Source of the DNA: Acidimicrobiaceae bacterium
Lineage (GTDB): Bacteria > Actinomycetota > Acidimicrobiia > Acidimicrobiales > JACDCH01
Assembly: GCA_041166745.1 (NCBI GenBank)
Contig: JBEEGH010000006.1
Span: 34,033-98,032 of the forward strand
Length of the DNA stretch: 64,000 bases
Direction: 5' to 3'
In this document: positions 44,353 to 53,534 of the stretch, one piece after another
Position numbering within the stretch: the first letter of the stretch is position 1
Layout of the letters: each line of letters begins with the position of its first letter
Translations under genes and position numbers: made by a program
The notes under the pieces: generated by a model
Told to the model about the DNA's origin: nothing
Seen by the model: the letters and a program-made list of their open reading frames with translations, nothing else
Databases searched by the model: none

Positions 44353-45081
44353 ATGGTCTACGTGCTGGTGCACGGCGGCGGCTCGACCGCGCGGTACTGG
44401 GATCGCGTGCTGCCGCCGCTCGACGCGCCGGCGCTGGCCGTCGATCTCCCTGGGCGTAACGACAAGCACGCCGACCTCGCGACCATCACCGTCGACGACG
44501 AGGTCGCGTCGGTGCTCGGCGATGTCGCGGATGCCGGTCTCGACGGGCCCATCGTGCTTGTCGCGCATTCGTCGGGTGGCCTGGTCGTCCCCGGTGTGGT
44601 TGCCGCGCTCGGCGATCGCGTCACGCACATCGTGCTCAGCGCCGCGTTGATCCCACCGGAAGGCGGCTGCGGCGTCGATTGCCTCAAGCCGGCGCAGCGC
44701 GAGGGACTCACGGCCGTGGTCGAGCAGGCCCGCGTCGACGGCACCGCGATAACGCTGCCGGGCCCGCCCGCCGATCCCGAAGCGTTCCGCACGGCGTACG
44801 GCGGTGATCCGCTGAGCGACGACGACCTCGCGTTCGTCGTCGACCCGGTGCGTTGCGTGCCGGACGGGGTCAACCACTACTTCCAACCGGTCCACTGGTC
44901 GGCCGTCGGTGACGTACCGGTGACGTACGTGCTCAACGAGCGTGACCGACCGATCTCGCCAGCGCAGCAGGAGACGATGATCGCCTCGCTGGCCCGCCCG
45001 CCGCGCGTCCTGCGCCTTCCCGGAGGGCACCTGCCCGCGGTCACCGACCCTCGGGCCTTCGTGGCCCTGCTCCGGGCGTAG
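44353..45081 (+). CDS. Alpha/beta hydrolase
   Basis: VLVHGGG oxyanion region and nucleophile elbow AHSSGG. Confidence 0.8.
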   Translation: MVYVLVHGGGSTARYWDRVLPPLDAPALAVDLPGRNDKHADLATITVDDEVASVLGDVADAGLDGPIVLVAHSSGGLVVPGVVAALGDRVTHIVLSAALIPPEGGCGVDCLKPAQREGLTAVVEQARVDGTAITLPGPPADPEAFRTAYGGDPLSDDDLAFVVDPVRCVPDGVNHYFQPVHWSAVGDVPVTYVLNERDRPISPAQQETMIASLARPPRVLRLPGGHLPAVTDPRAFVALLRA

Positions 45082-45083
45082 CG

Positions 45084-45746
45084 GTGCGAGCAGTGCGAGC
45101 CGCGCGGGCCGTCCCCGCCACCGTCGCGCGGGCTCGGCATCTGGCACTCGCCGGTGTCGTCGGTCCGGTGGTGTTCGGCCTCGCCGCGGTCATCGGCGCG
45201 ACACGAGTGCCGGGCTACAGCCACGTCCACAACTTCGTCAGCGAACTCGCGGCGGAGGGCTCGGAGGCGCGCGTGCCGATGACGATCGGCTTCCTCGGGT
45301 TCGGCGCGTGCATCCTGGTGTTTGCGTGGGCGCTGCGGCGGTTGCGCCCGTCCGCGGCCGCGCTCGTTGCGGTCGTCGCGCTCAGCGGCATCGGCACGCT
45401 GATGGCCGGAACGTTCTCCTGCGACGAGGGCTGTCCCACGAAGGGCGACATCTCGACCCATCAGCAGCTGCACAACGTGGCGAGCGTCATCACGTTCTCG
45501 GCGTGGATCATCGCCCCGCTCGTCGCGGCGCGGCAGCTGCGCGGCTCGCGGTTCGCTCGGGTGTCGCTACTGCTCGGCCTCGTCGAGCTCGCTTTCGGGC
45601 TCGTGCTCGGATCGATGAACGATCACCAGCCCGACGACCCGGTCGGCCTGCTGCAACGAATCGTGCTCGTCAGCGTGGCGGTGTGGTTCGTTCTGCTGGC
45701 ACTCGAGCTGCGTGGTCGGCCAGACCGTTCACCGCGTCTCGAATGA
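45084..45746 (+). CDS. DUF998-like membrane protein
   Basis: Multi-TM protein with the SELAAEGS and HNVASVITF patterns seen in DUF998 proteins. Confidence 0.65.
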   Translation: MRAVRAARAVPATVARARHLALAGVVGPVVFGLAAVIGATRVPGYSHVHNFVSELAAEGSEARVPMTIGFLGFGACILVFAWALRRLRPSAAALVAVVALSGIGTLMAGTFSCDEGCPTKGDISTHQQLHNVASVITFSAWIIAPLVAARQLRGSRFARVSLLLGLVELAFGLVLGSMNDHQPDDPVGLLQRIVLVSVAVWFVLLALELRGRPDRSPRLE

Positions 45747-46131
45747 ACTTGCCGAGCGCGAGGCGATAGATCCATCCCGTGCCCCGCCACTTGGGGAAGA
45801 AGGTCGAGCGCCAGCGGATCTGGGTGCCACCGTCGCGCGGCGTGAGATCGATGTCGGCCCGGTAGTCCTTCAGCGGCAGTCCGGTGAGCAGCGCGTAGCT
45901 GAAACGGCGGTTCGGCACGAGCTCGACGATGCGCTCGCGGCTCGTCGTCCGTCCCGTGCGGAAGGCGCGGATCGCGTTGAGGCTCTCGCCGCCGTCATCG
46001 CCGGCCTGCTCCAAGACGAACGAGCCGATTCCCGACCAATCCGGCCACGTCGAGCCGTCAATGAGGAGCGCGAACACATGGTCCGCGTTCGCAGTCGTGG
46101 TGGCCTGCTTGTCGATCACTTGCTTGCGCAT
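45670..46131 (-). CDS. SRPBCC/START-fold family protein
   Basis: ADHVFALLIDGSTWPDWS...RFSYALLTGLPLKDYRADIDL pattern. GGAGG RBS before ATG 46131. Confidence 0.75.
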   Translation of the reverse strand: MRKQVIDKQATTTANADHVFALLIDGSTWPDWSGIGSFVLEQAGDDGGESLNAIRAFRTGRTTSRERIVELVPNRRFSYALLTGLPLKDYRADIDLTPRDGGTQIRWRSTFFPKWRGTGWIYRLALGKFIRDAVNGLADHAARVPAERTTPPR

Positions 46132-46146
46132 CGGAGCCTCCAACTT

Positions 46147-46178
46147 TGTACCATATGGTACATGTACCATATGGCACA
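46147..46178. promoter_or_regulatory. Two abutting 16-bp palindromes, candidate TetR operator
   Basis: TGTACCATATGGTACA (46147-46162, perfect) abuts TGTACCATATGGCACA (46163-46178, one mismatch). The second overlaps the TetR ATG (46178). TACCAT is a TANNNT box 7 nt upstream of that ATG. Confidence 0.6.
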
Positions 46179-46756
46179 TGCCGAAGCAACTGGAGATGTC
46201 AGACGCCAAGGCCGCGCTCCTCGACAAGGCCGTCGCCTTCGTCGCGGTGCACGGCCTGGGCGACGTCAGCCTGCGGCAGATGGCCAACGCGCTGGGCACG
46301 AGCCACCGCATGCTCAGCTATCACTTCGGGTCGAAGGAGGGCGTGTTCGTCGCCGTCGTCAACGAGATGGAGCGACGGCAGCTCGAGCAGATGGCCGCGC
46401 TCGACGCCGACGACGCCACGACGCCTGACGAGTTGCTGCGGCGCATGTGGCGCCGGCTGTCCGACCCCAAGCTGTGGCCCCACGAGCGACTCTTCTTCGA
46501 GGTCTACGGGCAGGCGCTCCAGGGTCGGGCGCACACGAAGCAGTTCCTCGACGACATCGTCGACTCATGGCTGGTGCCTGCGACGGAGATCGCTCAGCGC
46601 CAAGGGCTCCCGAAGCGCGAGGCGCGAGCGCGGGCGCGTCTCGGGCTCGCAGTCGTGCGAGGTCTGCTGCTCGACCTGCTCGCCACCGGCGACCGTAAAG
46701 GCTGCAACGACGCGATGGAAGCGTTCATCGCGTCGCTAGCGCGTTCCACTGTCTAG
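46178..46756 (+). CDS. TetR/AcrR family transcriptional regulator
   Basis: LLDKAVAFVAVHGLGDVSLRQMANALGTSHRMLSYHFGSKEGV is a TetR HTH. Start is 46178 (leaderless) or 46196. Confidence 0.85.
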   Translation: MPKQLEMSDAKAALLDKAVAFVAVHGLGDVSLRQMANALGTSHRMLSYHFGSKEGVFVAVVNEMERRQLEQMAALDADDATTPDELLRRMWRRLSDPKLWPHERLFFEVYGQALQGRAHTKQFLDDIVDSWLVPATEIAQRQGLPKREARARARLGLAVVRGLLLDLLATGDRKGCNDAMEAFIASLARSTV

Positions 46757-46778
46757 AGTCCGCGGTTCAAATCGACGG

Positions 46779-47237
46779 ATGGAGGCGACGATGGCGGGGA
46801 AAGCGAAGTTCGCAGAGCGGATGGCGAAGTACCTCAACGAGCCGGTCGATGCCGCGTGCCCGATCACTCGTCCCGGCGGCACCGCGGGACAGATCGGCGG
46901 CAGCGTCGGCGGTGCGGTGGGGGCGGCGATCTCGTCCGTTGGTAAGCAGCGCGACAGCGATGTGCAGGTAGGCCAGTTCGCCTGGCTCGGTCTCGGTGCC
47001 GACCATTTCGCATTGGCCAAGGCTTCGATGATGGGCAAGCCGACGGGTGATCCGTTGGCCCGCGTGGCCTACGCCGACGTATCGGAAGCGACGCTCACCG
47101 AAGGCAAGATCACCATGCGCGTCGACCTCGCGCTGCAGAGCGGCGGGCACATCGCCTTCGAGGCGAAGCGGCACGGGCAGAACAAGCCCAGTGTCGAGGT
47201 GCTCGAGTTGTTGCGCGATCGCTGCACCCGCGCCTGA
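46779..47237 (+). CDS. Hypothetical protein
   Basis: 152-aa ORF with plausible coding composition. No family recognised. Confidence 0.5.
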   Translation: MEATMAGKAKFAERMAKYLNEPVDAACPITRPGGTAGQIGGSVGGAVGAAISSVGKQRDSDVQVGQFAWLGLGADHFALAKASMMGKPTGDPLARVAYADVSEATLTEGKITMRVDLALQSGGHIAFEAKRHGQNKPSVEVLELLRDRCTRA

Positions 47238-47250
47238 CGCGTAGGTTGCG

Positions 47251-48078
47251 GTGATGCGTTTCGGACTCGATGTTGCGCAACAACGGATGCCATGGGACGA
47301 GGTCGTGAGCCGCGTCCAGTTCGCCGAGGAGCTGGGTTTCGACGGCGCCTGGGGCTTCGATCACTTCCAGCCGATGTACGGCGACGGCCCGGGCGAGGTG
47401 TTCGACGGCATGACCACGCTCGCCGCGCTGGCCGGCCTCACGTCACGGATCCGGCTCGGACTGCTCGTGGCCGGCGTGACCTACCGGCACCCGTCCGTGT
47501 TCGCCGCGCAGGCGCTCACGATCGACCACGCGTCCCACGGCCGCCTCGAGCTCTCGCTCGGCGCCGCCTGGTTCGACAAGGAGCACCACGAGCTCGGCAT
47601 CCCGTTCCCATCGACGTCGGAGCGCTTCGACCTGCTCGAGGACGCGCTCGAGATCGTGCAACGGCTGTTCACGGGCGACGTCGTGTCGTACGACGGGCGA
47701 TCGGTGTCGCTGCGCGACGCGCAGCTCCTTCCCGTGCCTGTGCAGCAGCCCCACCCACCGATCTGGATCGGCGGCAGTGGCCCTCGCCGCACGCTCCCGC
47801 TCGTCGCGAAGTACGCCGACGTGTGGCACACGTGGGGCACACCGAACTCGTTGCGCGACGCGAACACCCGCATCGACGAGCTCGCCGTCGAAGCGGGACG
47901 CGACCCCGCGTCGATCATGCGCGCGAACTCGCTGTCACTCGACGATCTCGACACCGGTCGCAAGCACGCTTCGAAGTGGGTCGACGCCGGCTACGGCTAC
48001 CTCGTGTGCGGCTGGCCCGACGCGGGCCGCGCCCAGGTCGAGGCGTTCGCCCGCGACGTGATGTCCGATTTCGCCTGA
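47251..48078 (+). CDS. LLM-class (luciferase-like) F420-dependent oxidoreductase
   Basis: FDGAWGFDHF, GLLVAGVTYRHP, GRLELSLGAAW and PPIWIGGSGPRRTLPLVAKYAD motifs. Confidence 0.85.
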   Translation: MMRFGLDVAQQRMPWDEVVSRVQFAEELGFDGAWGFDHFQPMYGDGPGEVFDGMTTLAALAGLTSRIRLGLLVAGVTYRHPSVFAAQALTIDHASHGRLELSLGAAWFDKEHHELGIPFPSTSERFDLLEDALEIVQRLFTGDVVSYDGRSVSLRDAQLLPVPVQQPHPPIWIGGSGPRRTLPLVAKYADVWHTWGTPNSLRDANTRIDELAVEAGRDPASIMRANSLSLDDLDTGRKHASKWVDAGYGYLVCGWPDAGRAQVEAFARDVMSDFA

Positions 48079-48135
48079 CCATCCATCGTCCGGTCAGCGC
48101 AACGTACGCTTGCGCTGAGCATTGCGGGGGCTTCG

Positions 48136-51100
48136 ATGGGAATGGTGTGCGGGTCGTGCGGGGTCGCCAACCGCGACGCGGCCCGCTTTTGCTCGGATTG
48201 TGGCGCTCGCATGTTGCGTCGTTGCACGACCTGCGACGCCGAACTGGCGCACGGCGTGCGCTTTTGCGACGCCTGCGGTGCGCCGGTGGCGACCGACACC
48301 GAGAGCCCCGTCACCGTGGATCAATCGCGCAAGATCGTGACAGTTCTCTTCGCTGACCTGGCCGGGTCTACGCCGATGCAGGAGCAGATGGATCCGGAGG
48401 CCGTCCGCGCGTTCAACGCCCGCTACTACGCCGCGATGCGCGCGGCAGTCGAGGAGCGCGGTGGACGGATCGTGAAGTTCGTCGGCGACGGCGTGATGGC
48501 GGTGTTCGGTGTGCCTGAGGTGGCCGAAGACGACGCCGCCCGTGCGCTGGCCGCGGCGGTCGCCATGGTCGATGCGTTCGAGGTGCTCGCGGCCGAGTTG
48601 CGCCGCGAGCGTGGTGTCGACATCGCGCTGCGCATCGGCGTGAACACCGGCGAGGTCGTGGTGGACGAGGGTGACGACGACGTCGTCGGCGACGCGGTCA
48701 ACGTCGCCGCTCGTCTCGAGCACGTCGCGCCGCGGGGCGGGATCCTGGTCGGAGAGGACACGTACCGGCTCACTCGTGAGCGCGCTGTGTTCGAACCTCC
48801 TCAGGAGTTGCAGGTCCGCGGTCGCGCCGGGGCCGTTGCCGCCCGCGTCCTCACGGCACTCGATCATCGCCGCGCCGACGGTCCGGCCGTCGTGTTCGTG
48901 GGCCGCGACGACGAGCTGACGACGCTCGTCGGCGCGCTCGGGGTGGCGGAGGCGACGAACCGGGCTCGACTGGTGACGATCATCGGCTCGCCGGGTGTCG
49001 GAAAGTCGCGGTTGCTCGAGGAGCTGCACGACGCGGTGACCGACGCGGCCGATGTGTTCGCCGGGCGCTGCGACGTCGCCAGCGCGTCGGCGTTTGCGCC
49101 CGTGGCGGAGGTCGTGCGGGCTGCGGTCGATGCCGCCGGCGGTGTCGACGCGCTGCTTGATGACGACGCGGAGCGCGAGCGTGTCGCTCCGGTGATCGAG
49201 GCGTTGGTCACCGGCGGCGAACCGGGCACACCCCAGGAAACCTTCTGGGCCGTCCGCCGCGTGATCGAGGCGGCCGCCCGCCGCCGGCCCGTGGTCGTCG
49301 TGCTCGACGACCTGCACTGGGCCGAACCCCTGCTGCTCGACCTCGTCGAGCACCTCGCCGAATGGTTGGGCGCGGTGCCCGTGTTGCTCGTCGCGGCGGC
49401 CCGTCCCGAGTTGCGCGAGCTGCGACCGACCCTCGTCGACGCGGGCACGCGACCCAAAGCGGTGCTCGCGCTCGAGGGCCTCGACCCGCAATCGACACAG
49501 CGGCTCGCGGTCGAGCTGCTCGGATCGGACGCGTTGCCCCCGGATGTGGTCGCTCGCATCGTCAGTGCCACCGAGGGAAACCCGCTGTTCGTCCGCGAGC
49601 TCGTGCGCATGCTCGTCGACGACGGCGTTCTGCGTGCCGACGGCGACGGGTGGGTCGTCACGGTTGATGCGCGCGACATCGACGTGCCCCCGACGATCAG
49701 CTCGCTCCTGGCCGCCCGCGTCGGGCGGCTACGGGCCGACGAGCGCACTGTGCTCGAGCGCGCGTCCGTCATCGGTCACGAGGTGTACCGGGGCGCGCTC
49801 GTCGCGTTGCTTCCCGCCGAGAGCCGCGCCGTGCTCGACACGGTGCTCGAGTCGCTGCGGCGCAAGGAGCTGCTCGAACCCGCCGGTACCTACTGGATCG
49901 ACGAACCCGTGCTGCGGTTCCACCACGCCCTGATCAGAGAGGCCGCCTATCGGCGACTGCTGAAGGAGGCACGCGCCGACCTGCACGAGCGCACGGCAGA
50001 CTGGTTGCGAGCGAAGACGGGCGGGGGCACCGACCACGACGAGGTCATCGGCTTCCACCTCGAGCAGGCGCAGGCCAGCCGGCGCGAGCTCGGCCCGCTC
50101 GACGAGCACGGGCGCCGCGTCGCGACGGAGGCCGCCACCCGGCTGGCCGGTGCCGCCCATCGAGCCCTGGATCGCGATGACCTGCCCGCGGCGGCCACGC
50201 TGTCCGGTCGCGCCCTGCTGTGCGTCGACCCCGACGACCCCAGCCGCACGGACATGCTGCGCGTTCGGTGTGAAGCCTTGCTCGGGACGGGGGACATCAG
50301 CACGGCGCGCGGGGCGGTGGACGAGCTCGAGACGCTCGCGCGCGGTGTCGTACACCTGTCGGCGTGGGCGACGGCGTTCCGCGTGCAGCTCGCCACGCTC
50401 ACGGGGGAAGCCGATCTCGACGACGCCAGCCGGCGCGCCAGCGATGCAGCCGTGCAACTCGCCGAGCTCGGCGACCCGACGGGCGCGGCCAAGGCGCACC
50501 GCGTGCACGCCTCCGTGCTCGCCCGCCAGGGGCGCGTCGGTGAGACGGAAGCCGCGCTCGACCGGGCCTTGACCGCGGCGCGCGAAGCGGGTGACAGCCG
50601 GCAGATCAGCGGCGTGTTGGCGGCGGCGCCGCTCGCCGCGCTGTGGGGCCCCAGCCCGGTGCCCCGCGCGGGAGGACGCTGCCTCGACGTCGTTCGCCTG
50701 TTGCGCATCACCACCGGAGCGCGACCCGTCGAAGCCATCGCCACGCGCTGCCAGGCGGTGCTCGAGGCGTTGCGCGGTCGCACGGACGCGGCCCGCACGA
50801 TGATCGCCACGGCGCGCGGCACCCTGGAAGACCTCGGCCTCGGCCACGGCCTGCTCGAGCTCGAGCTCTTCTCCGGTCTCGTCGAGCTCACCGCCGGCGA
50901 CGCGGTCACGGCGGAAGCGCACCTGGCGGTCGCATACGAGGGGTTCCACCGCCTCGGCATCGAAGCCGACGCCGCTCAGGCGGCCGCGTTGCGCGCTCGC
51001 GCCGCACTGGCCGTCGACGATGGCGAGCGGGCGCTCGCGTTGGCCGAGACGGCCGAGCAACTGGGCGGGCGTGATCTGAAGACCGCGATCGCGTGGCGCG

Positions 51101-53481
51101 CCGTCAAGGCCGAGGTGCTCGCTCGCCGCGGCCAGCATGCGGAGGCCATCGCGCTCGCGCGGGCCGCGACCGAACTGGCCGAGCCGACCGACGCACTCCT
51201 CGACCGCGCCGACGCACAAGCCGCGCTCGGCGCCGTGCTCACGATCGCGGGCGACGTCGACGGCGGACAGCGCGCCACCCACCACGCGCGCTCCCTCTAC
51301 GAGCAGAAGGGCGCCACCGCGCTCGCCTCGCGGTTGGCCGGGAAGGAGACGCCCACCGATGCGCCGCGACCGCAGGTCGCCACCCCTGTCGGTGATGCCG
51401 ACGACGGACACGAGAACGCTGCGACCACGGCGTTCTACGACTTCACCGATGCGATGGCGCGTGGCGAGGCGAGCCGCGTACACACGTCGAGTTCGTTCCT
51501 GCTCGAAGACCGTCGTCGGGGTCTCGGGGCTTCGATAGTGGGCGAACCGGGCGACATGGTGAGCAGCCTGCCGCCGCTCGCGCACATGCAACGGCACACG
51601 CTCGCCGTGCGCGGCGAACGGTTGTGCCTCGCATGGGGACGCTACGAGTACGTCGACAGCGAGTTCGTCAACGAGTCGATCAGCCTGGTGGGCACCGACG
51701 CGGATGGCCGGGGTGAGTTCACGGTGGTGTACGACGTCGCGGATTCCACCGACGCCATCCGCGAGATCGACGAGCGGTACGCCGTCGGCGACGGTGCGCC
51801 GCACGCGCAGACGCTCCTGGCCGCCGCCCAGTTCGGCACCGCGTTCAACAGGCGCGACTGGAACGCGTTCGAGTTGGTCTGCACTCCTGACGTGGTCCTC
51901 GTCGACCATCGCCGGGCGTCGTTCGGTCCCGCGTCCGGTGTCACGGCGCTCGTCGAACGCTCTCGCAGCCTCGTCGAGGTAGCGCCCGACTTCGTCGTCA
52001 TCGGGCGCCGTCTCCTCGCGTTACAGGGGCGCGTCGTGCTGGTCGAGGCCGACCTCCGGCGCGGCGGGGGAGCGGAGCCGTCATCGCGGCAGTTGATCTT
52101 GTTCGAGTCCGAGCAGGGGCGGGTGTGCCGGTACGAGAGCTTCGAAATCGACGACCTGTCGACCGCGCTCGCTCGTCTGGAGGCGCTGAAGGGCCACGAT
52201 GCCGGCGCCCTCGAGAACGGGGCCACGCGGGCGGTGGCGCGATGGCAGGCGGCGTTCGTCGAGCACCGCTGGGACGACATGGCCGCGAGCTACGCCGACG
52301 ACATCGTCCACGACGACCGGCGCAGCGTTGTCGGCGGCGACCACGCCGAGGGTTCCGCCGCCCTCATCGGCCGCCGCGCCGGGCTCCAAGAGCTCGGCGT
52401 GACCGACGTTCGCTCGACGGTGATCGCCGTCCGGGGCGATCGTCTCTCCCTCACGCGTGAGATCTACACGTACCAGGACGCGTACGAGCTCGACATGCTG
52501 CGCGTGAACGAGATCAACGACGGCGGGCAACTGGCGTTCGGCGCGTTGTTCGATCCCGACGATCTCCCGGAGGCGCTGGCGTTGCTCGACGACCGGTACA
52601 GCGCGACGCTGACGCCCGCCGTGCAGGAGACGGTGCCAAAGGCGAACTGGCTGGATCAATTGCTCGACACCCCTGCGATGCGCGCCGCGCGTCGGTACGC
52701 CGACGCGAACCAACGCGGCGACCTCGACGCGCTCGCCAACCTCGTGAGCGACGATCACGACGGCGAAGATCGGCGCGCCGGGTTGAGCTACCTGATTCGC
52801 GGCCGGGCCGCCCGCCTCGAGGTGGCTACCGCGGCGGCGGACTTCGGTATTTCGTCGATCGAGATCGCACCGGTCGCGGTCAGGGGAGACCAGCTCGCGT
52901 TGGTGCGGGCCACGATGCACGTGAGGAGCGGTGAGATCCGGATGTTGGTGCTCGGGGAGATCGATCGGGATGGGCTGATGTCCAGGGTCGTCAACTTCGA
53001 CGAGCACGACCTCGGGGGTGCGATCCAGGAGCTCGACGCCCGCTCGATCGCGCTCCTCCCGCCGCGAGAGGCGGCCGCGGCCGTCATCGGCGACCGTTTC
53101 AACGCCGCGCAGCGCGCCGGTGACGCAGAGGCGGTGGCCGCGTGCCTGACCGACGACTTCGTGGTGGTCGACCACCAGCTGCTCGGCAGCGGCGTCGACG
53201 GCAGCGACGAGTTCGTGGACAGGACGATCAGTCGGACCGAGCTCACCACCGAGTTGGTCGACGTCGTCGCGTACTACGCCGCGGCACCGCACGGCGGCGT
53301 CGCCGTCAGCACGGAGGTCGGTGTGCTTGCCACCGGCGGCGGCTTCGAGGTTCCGCGCGTCACGCTCTTCACCGTGCGCGACGACAAGATCGATCGCATC
53401 GAGATGTTCCACCACGAGCAGTTCGACGCCGCGCTGGCGCGCCTGGCCGAGCTCGCACCCAACGCGACGGCGGGCCACTGA
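48136..53481 (+). CDS. 1781-aa multidomain signalling protein: double zinc ribbon, class III adenylate/guanylate cyclase, STAND-type P-loop ATPase, TPR-like helical region, five tandem NTF2/SnoaL-like modules
   Basis: CGSCGVAN..CSDCGA..CTTCDA..CDACGA; VLFADLAGST, KFVGDGVMAVFG and GDAVNVAARLE cyclase motifs; IIGSPGVGKSRLLEEL with VVVLDDLHWAE. The C-terminal 700 aa form five ~135-148-aa repeats, each ending in a (F/Y)D..DL..A...L motif. Confidence 0.85.
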   Translation: MGMVCGSCGVANRDAARFCSDCGARMLRRCTTCDAELAHGVRFCDACGAPVATDTESPVTVDQSRKIVTVLFADLAGSTPMQEQMDPEAVRAFNARYYAAMRAAVEERGGRIVKFVGDGVMAVFGVPEVAEDDAARALAAAVAMVDAFEVLAAELRRERGVDIALRIGVNTGEVVVDEGDDDVVGDAVNVAARLEHVAPRGGILVGEDTYRLTRERAVFEPPQELQVRGRAGAVAARVLTALDHRRADGPAVVFVGRDDELTTLVGALGVAEATNRARLVTIIGSPGVGKSRLLEELHDAVTDAADVFAGRCDVASASAFAPVAEVVRAAVDAAGGVDALLDDDAERERVAPVIEALVTGGEPGTPQETFWAVRRVIEAAARRRPVVVVLDDLHWAEPLLLDLVEHLAEWLGAVPVLLVAAARPELRELRPTLVDAGTRPKAVLALEGLDPQSTQRLAVELLGSDALPPDVVARIVSATEGNPLFVRELVRMLVDDGVLRADGDGWVVTVDARDIDVPPTISSLLAARVGRLRADERTVLERASVIGHEVYRGALVALLPAESRAVLDTVLESLRRKELLEPAGTYWIDEPVLRFHHALIREAAYRRLLKEARADLHERTADWLRAKTGGGTDHDEVIGFHLEQAQASRRELGPLDEHGRRVATEAATRLAGAAHRALDRDDLPAAATLSGRALLCVDPDDPSRTDMLRVRCEALLGTGDISTARGAVDELETLARGVVHLSAWATAFRVQLATLTGEADLDDASRRASDAAVQLAELGDPTGAAKAHRVHASVLARQGRVGETEAALDRALTAAREAGDSRQISGVLAAAPLAALWGPSPVPRAGGRCLDVVRLLRITTGARPVEAIATRCQAVLEALRGRTDAARTMIATARGTLEDLGLGHGLLELELFSGLVELTAGDAVTAEAHLAVAYEGFHRLGIEADAAQAAALRARAALAVDDGERALALAETAEQLGGRDLKTAIAWRAVKAEVLARRGQHAEAIALARAATELAEPTDALLDRADAQAALGAVLTIAGDVDGGQRATHHARSLYEQKGATALASRLAGKETPTDAPRPQVATPVGDADDGHENAATTAFYDFTDAMARGEASRVHTSSSFLLEDRRRGLGASIVGEPGDMVSSLPPLAHMQRHTLAVRGERLCLAWGRYEYVDSEFVNESISLVGTDADGRGEFTVVYDVADSTDAIREIDERYAVGDGAPHAQTLLAAAQFGTAFNRRDWNAFELVCTPDVVLVDHRRASFGPASGVTALVERSRSLVEVAPDFVVIGRRLLALQGRVVLVEADLRRGGGAEPSSRQLILFESEQGRVCRYESFEIDDLSTALARLEALKGHDAGALENGATRAVARWQAAFVEHRWDDMAASYADDIVHDDRRSVVGGDHAEGSAALIGRRAGLQELGVTDVRSTVIAVRGDRLSLTREIYTYQDAYELDMLRVNEINDGGQLAFGALFDPDDLPEALALLDDRYSATLTPAVQETVPKANWLDQLLDTPAMRAARRYADANQRGDLDALANLVSDDHDGEDRRAGLSYLIRGRAARLEVATAAADFGISSIEIAPVAVRGDQLALVRATMHVRSGEIRMLVLGEIDRDGLMSRVVNFDEHDLGGAIQELDARSIALLPPREAAAAVIGDRFNAAQRAGDAEAVAACLTDDFVVVDHQLLGSGVDGSDEFVDRTISRTELTTELVDVVAYYAAAPHGGVAVSTEVGVLATGGGFEVPRVTLFTVRDDKIDRIEMFHHEQFDAALARLAELAPNATAGH

Positions 53482-53534
53482 ACACCTGAGTGTCCAGTGG
53501 CCCGCAATGCGAGGGTCTCGCTAGCGCGTGGTGG

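Noticed and set aside
49729-51909. Long antisense or out-of-frame ORFs from the track
   Set aside because: Examples include 49729-51909(-), 48094-49491(-), 52081-53478(-), 10671-12188(-), 13135-14451(-), 26257-28140(-), 62128-63762(-), 29200-30228(-) and 15532-16827(-). All are Arg/Pro/Gly/Ala-rich shadow frames opposite or overlapping genes with clear family motifs. This is typical of stop-codon depletion in high-GC DNA.
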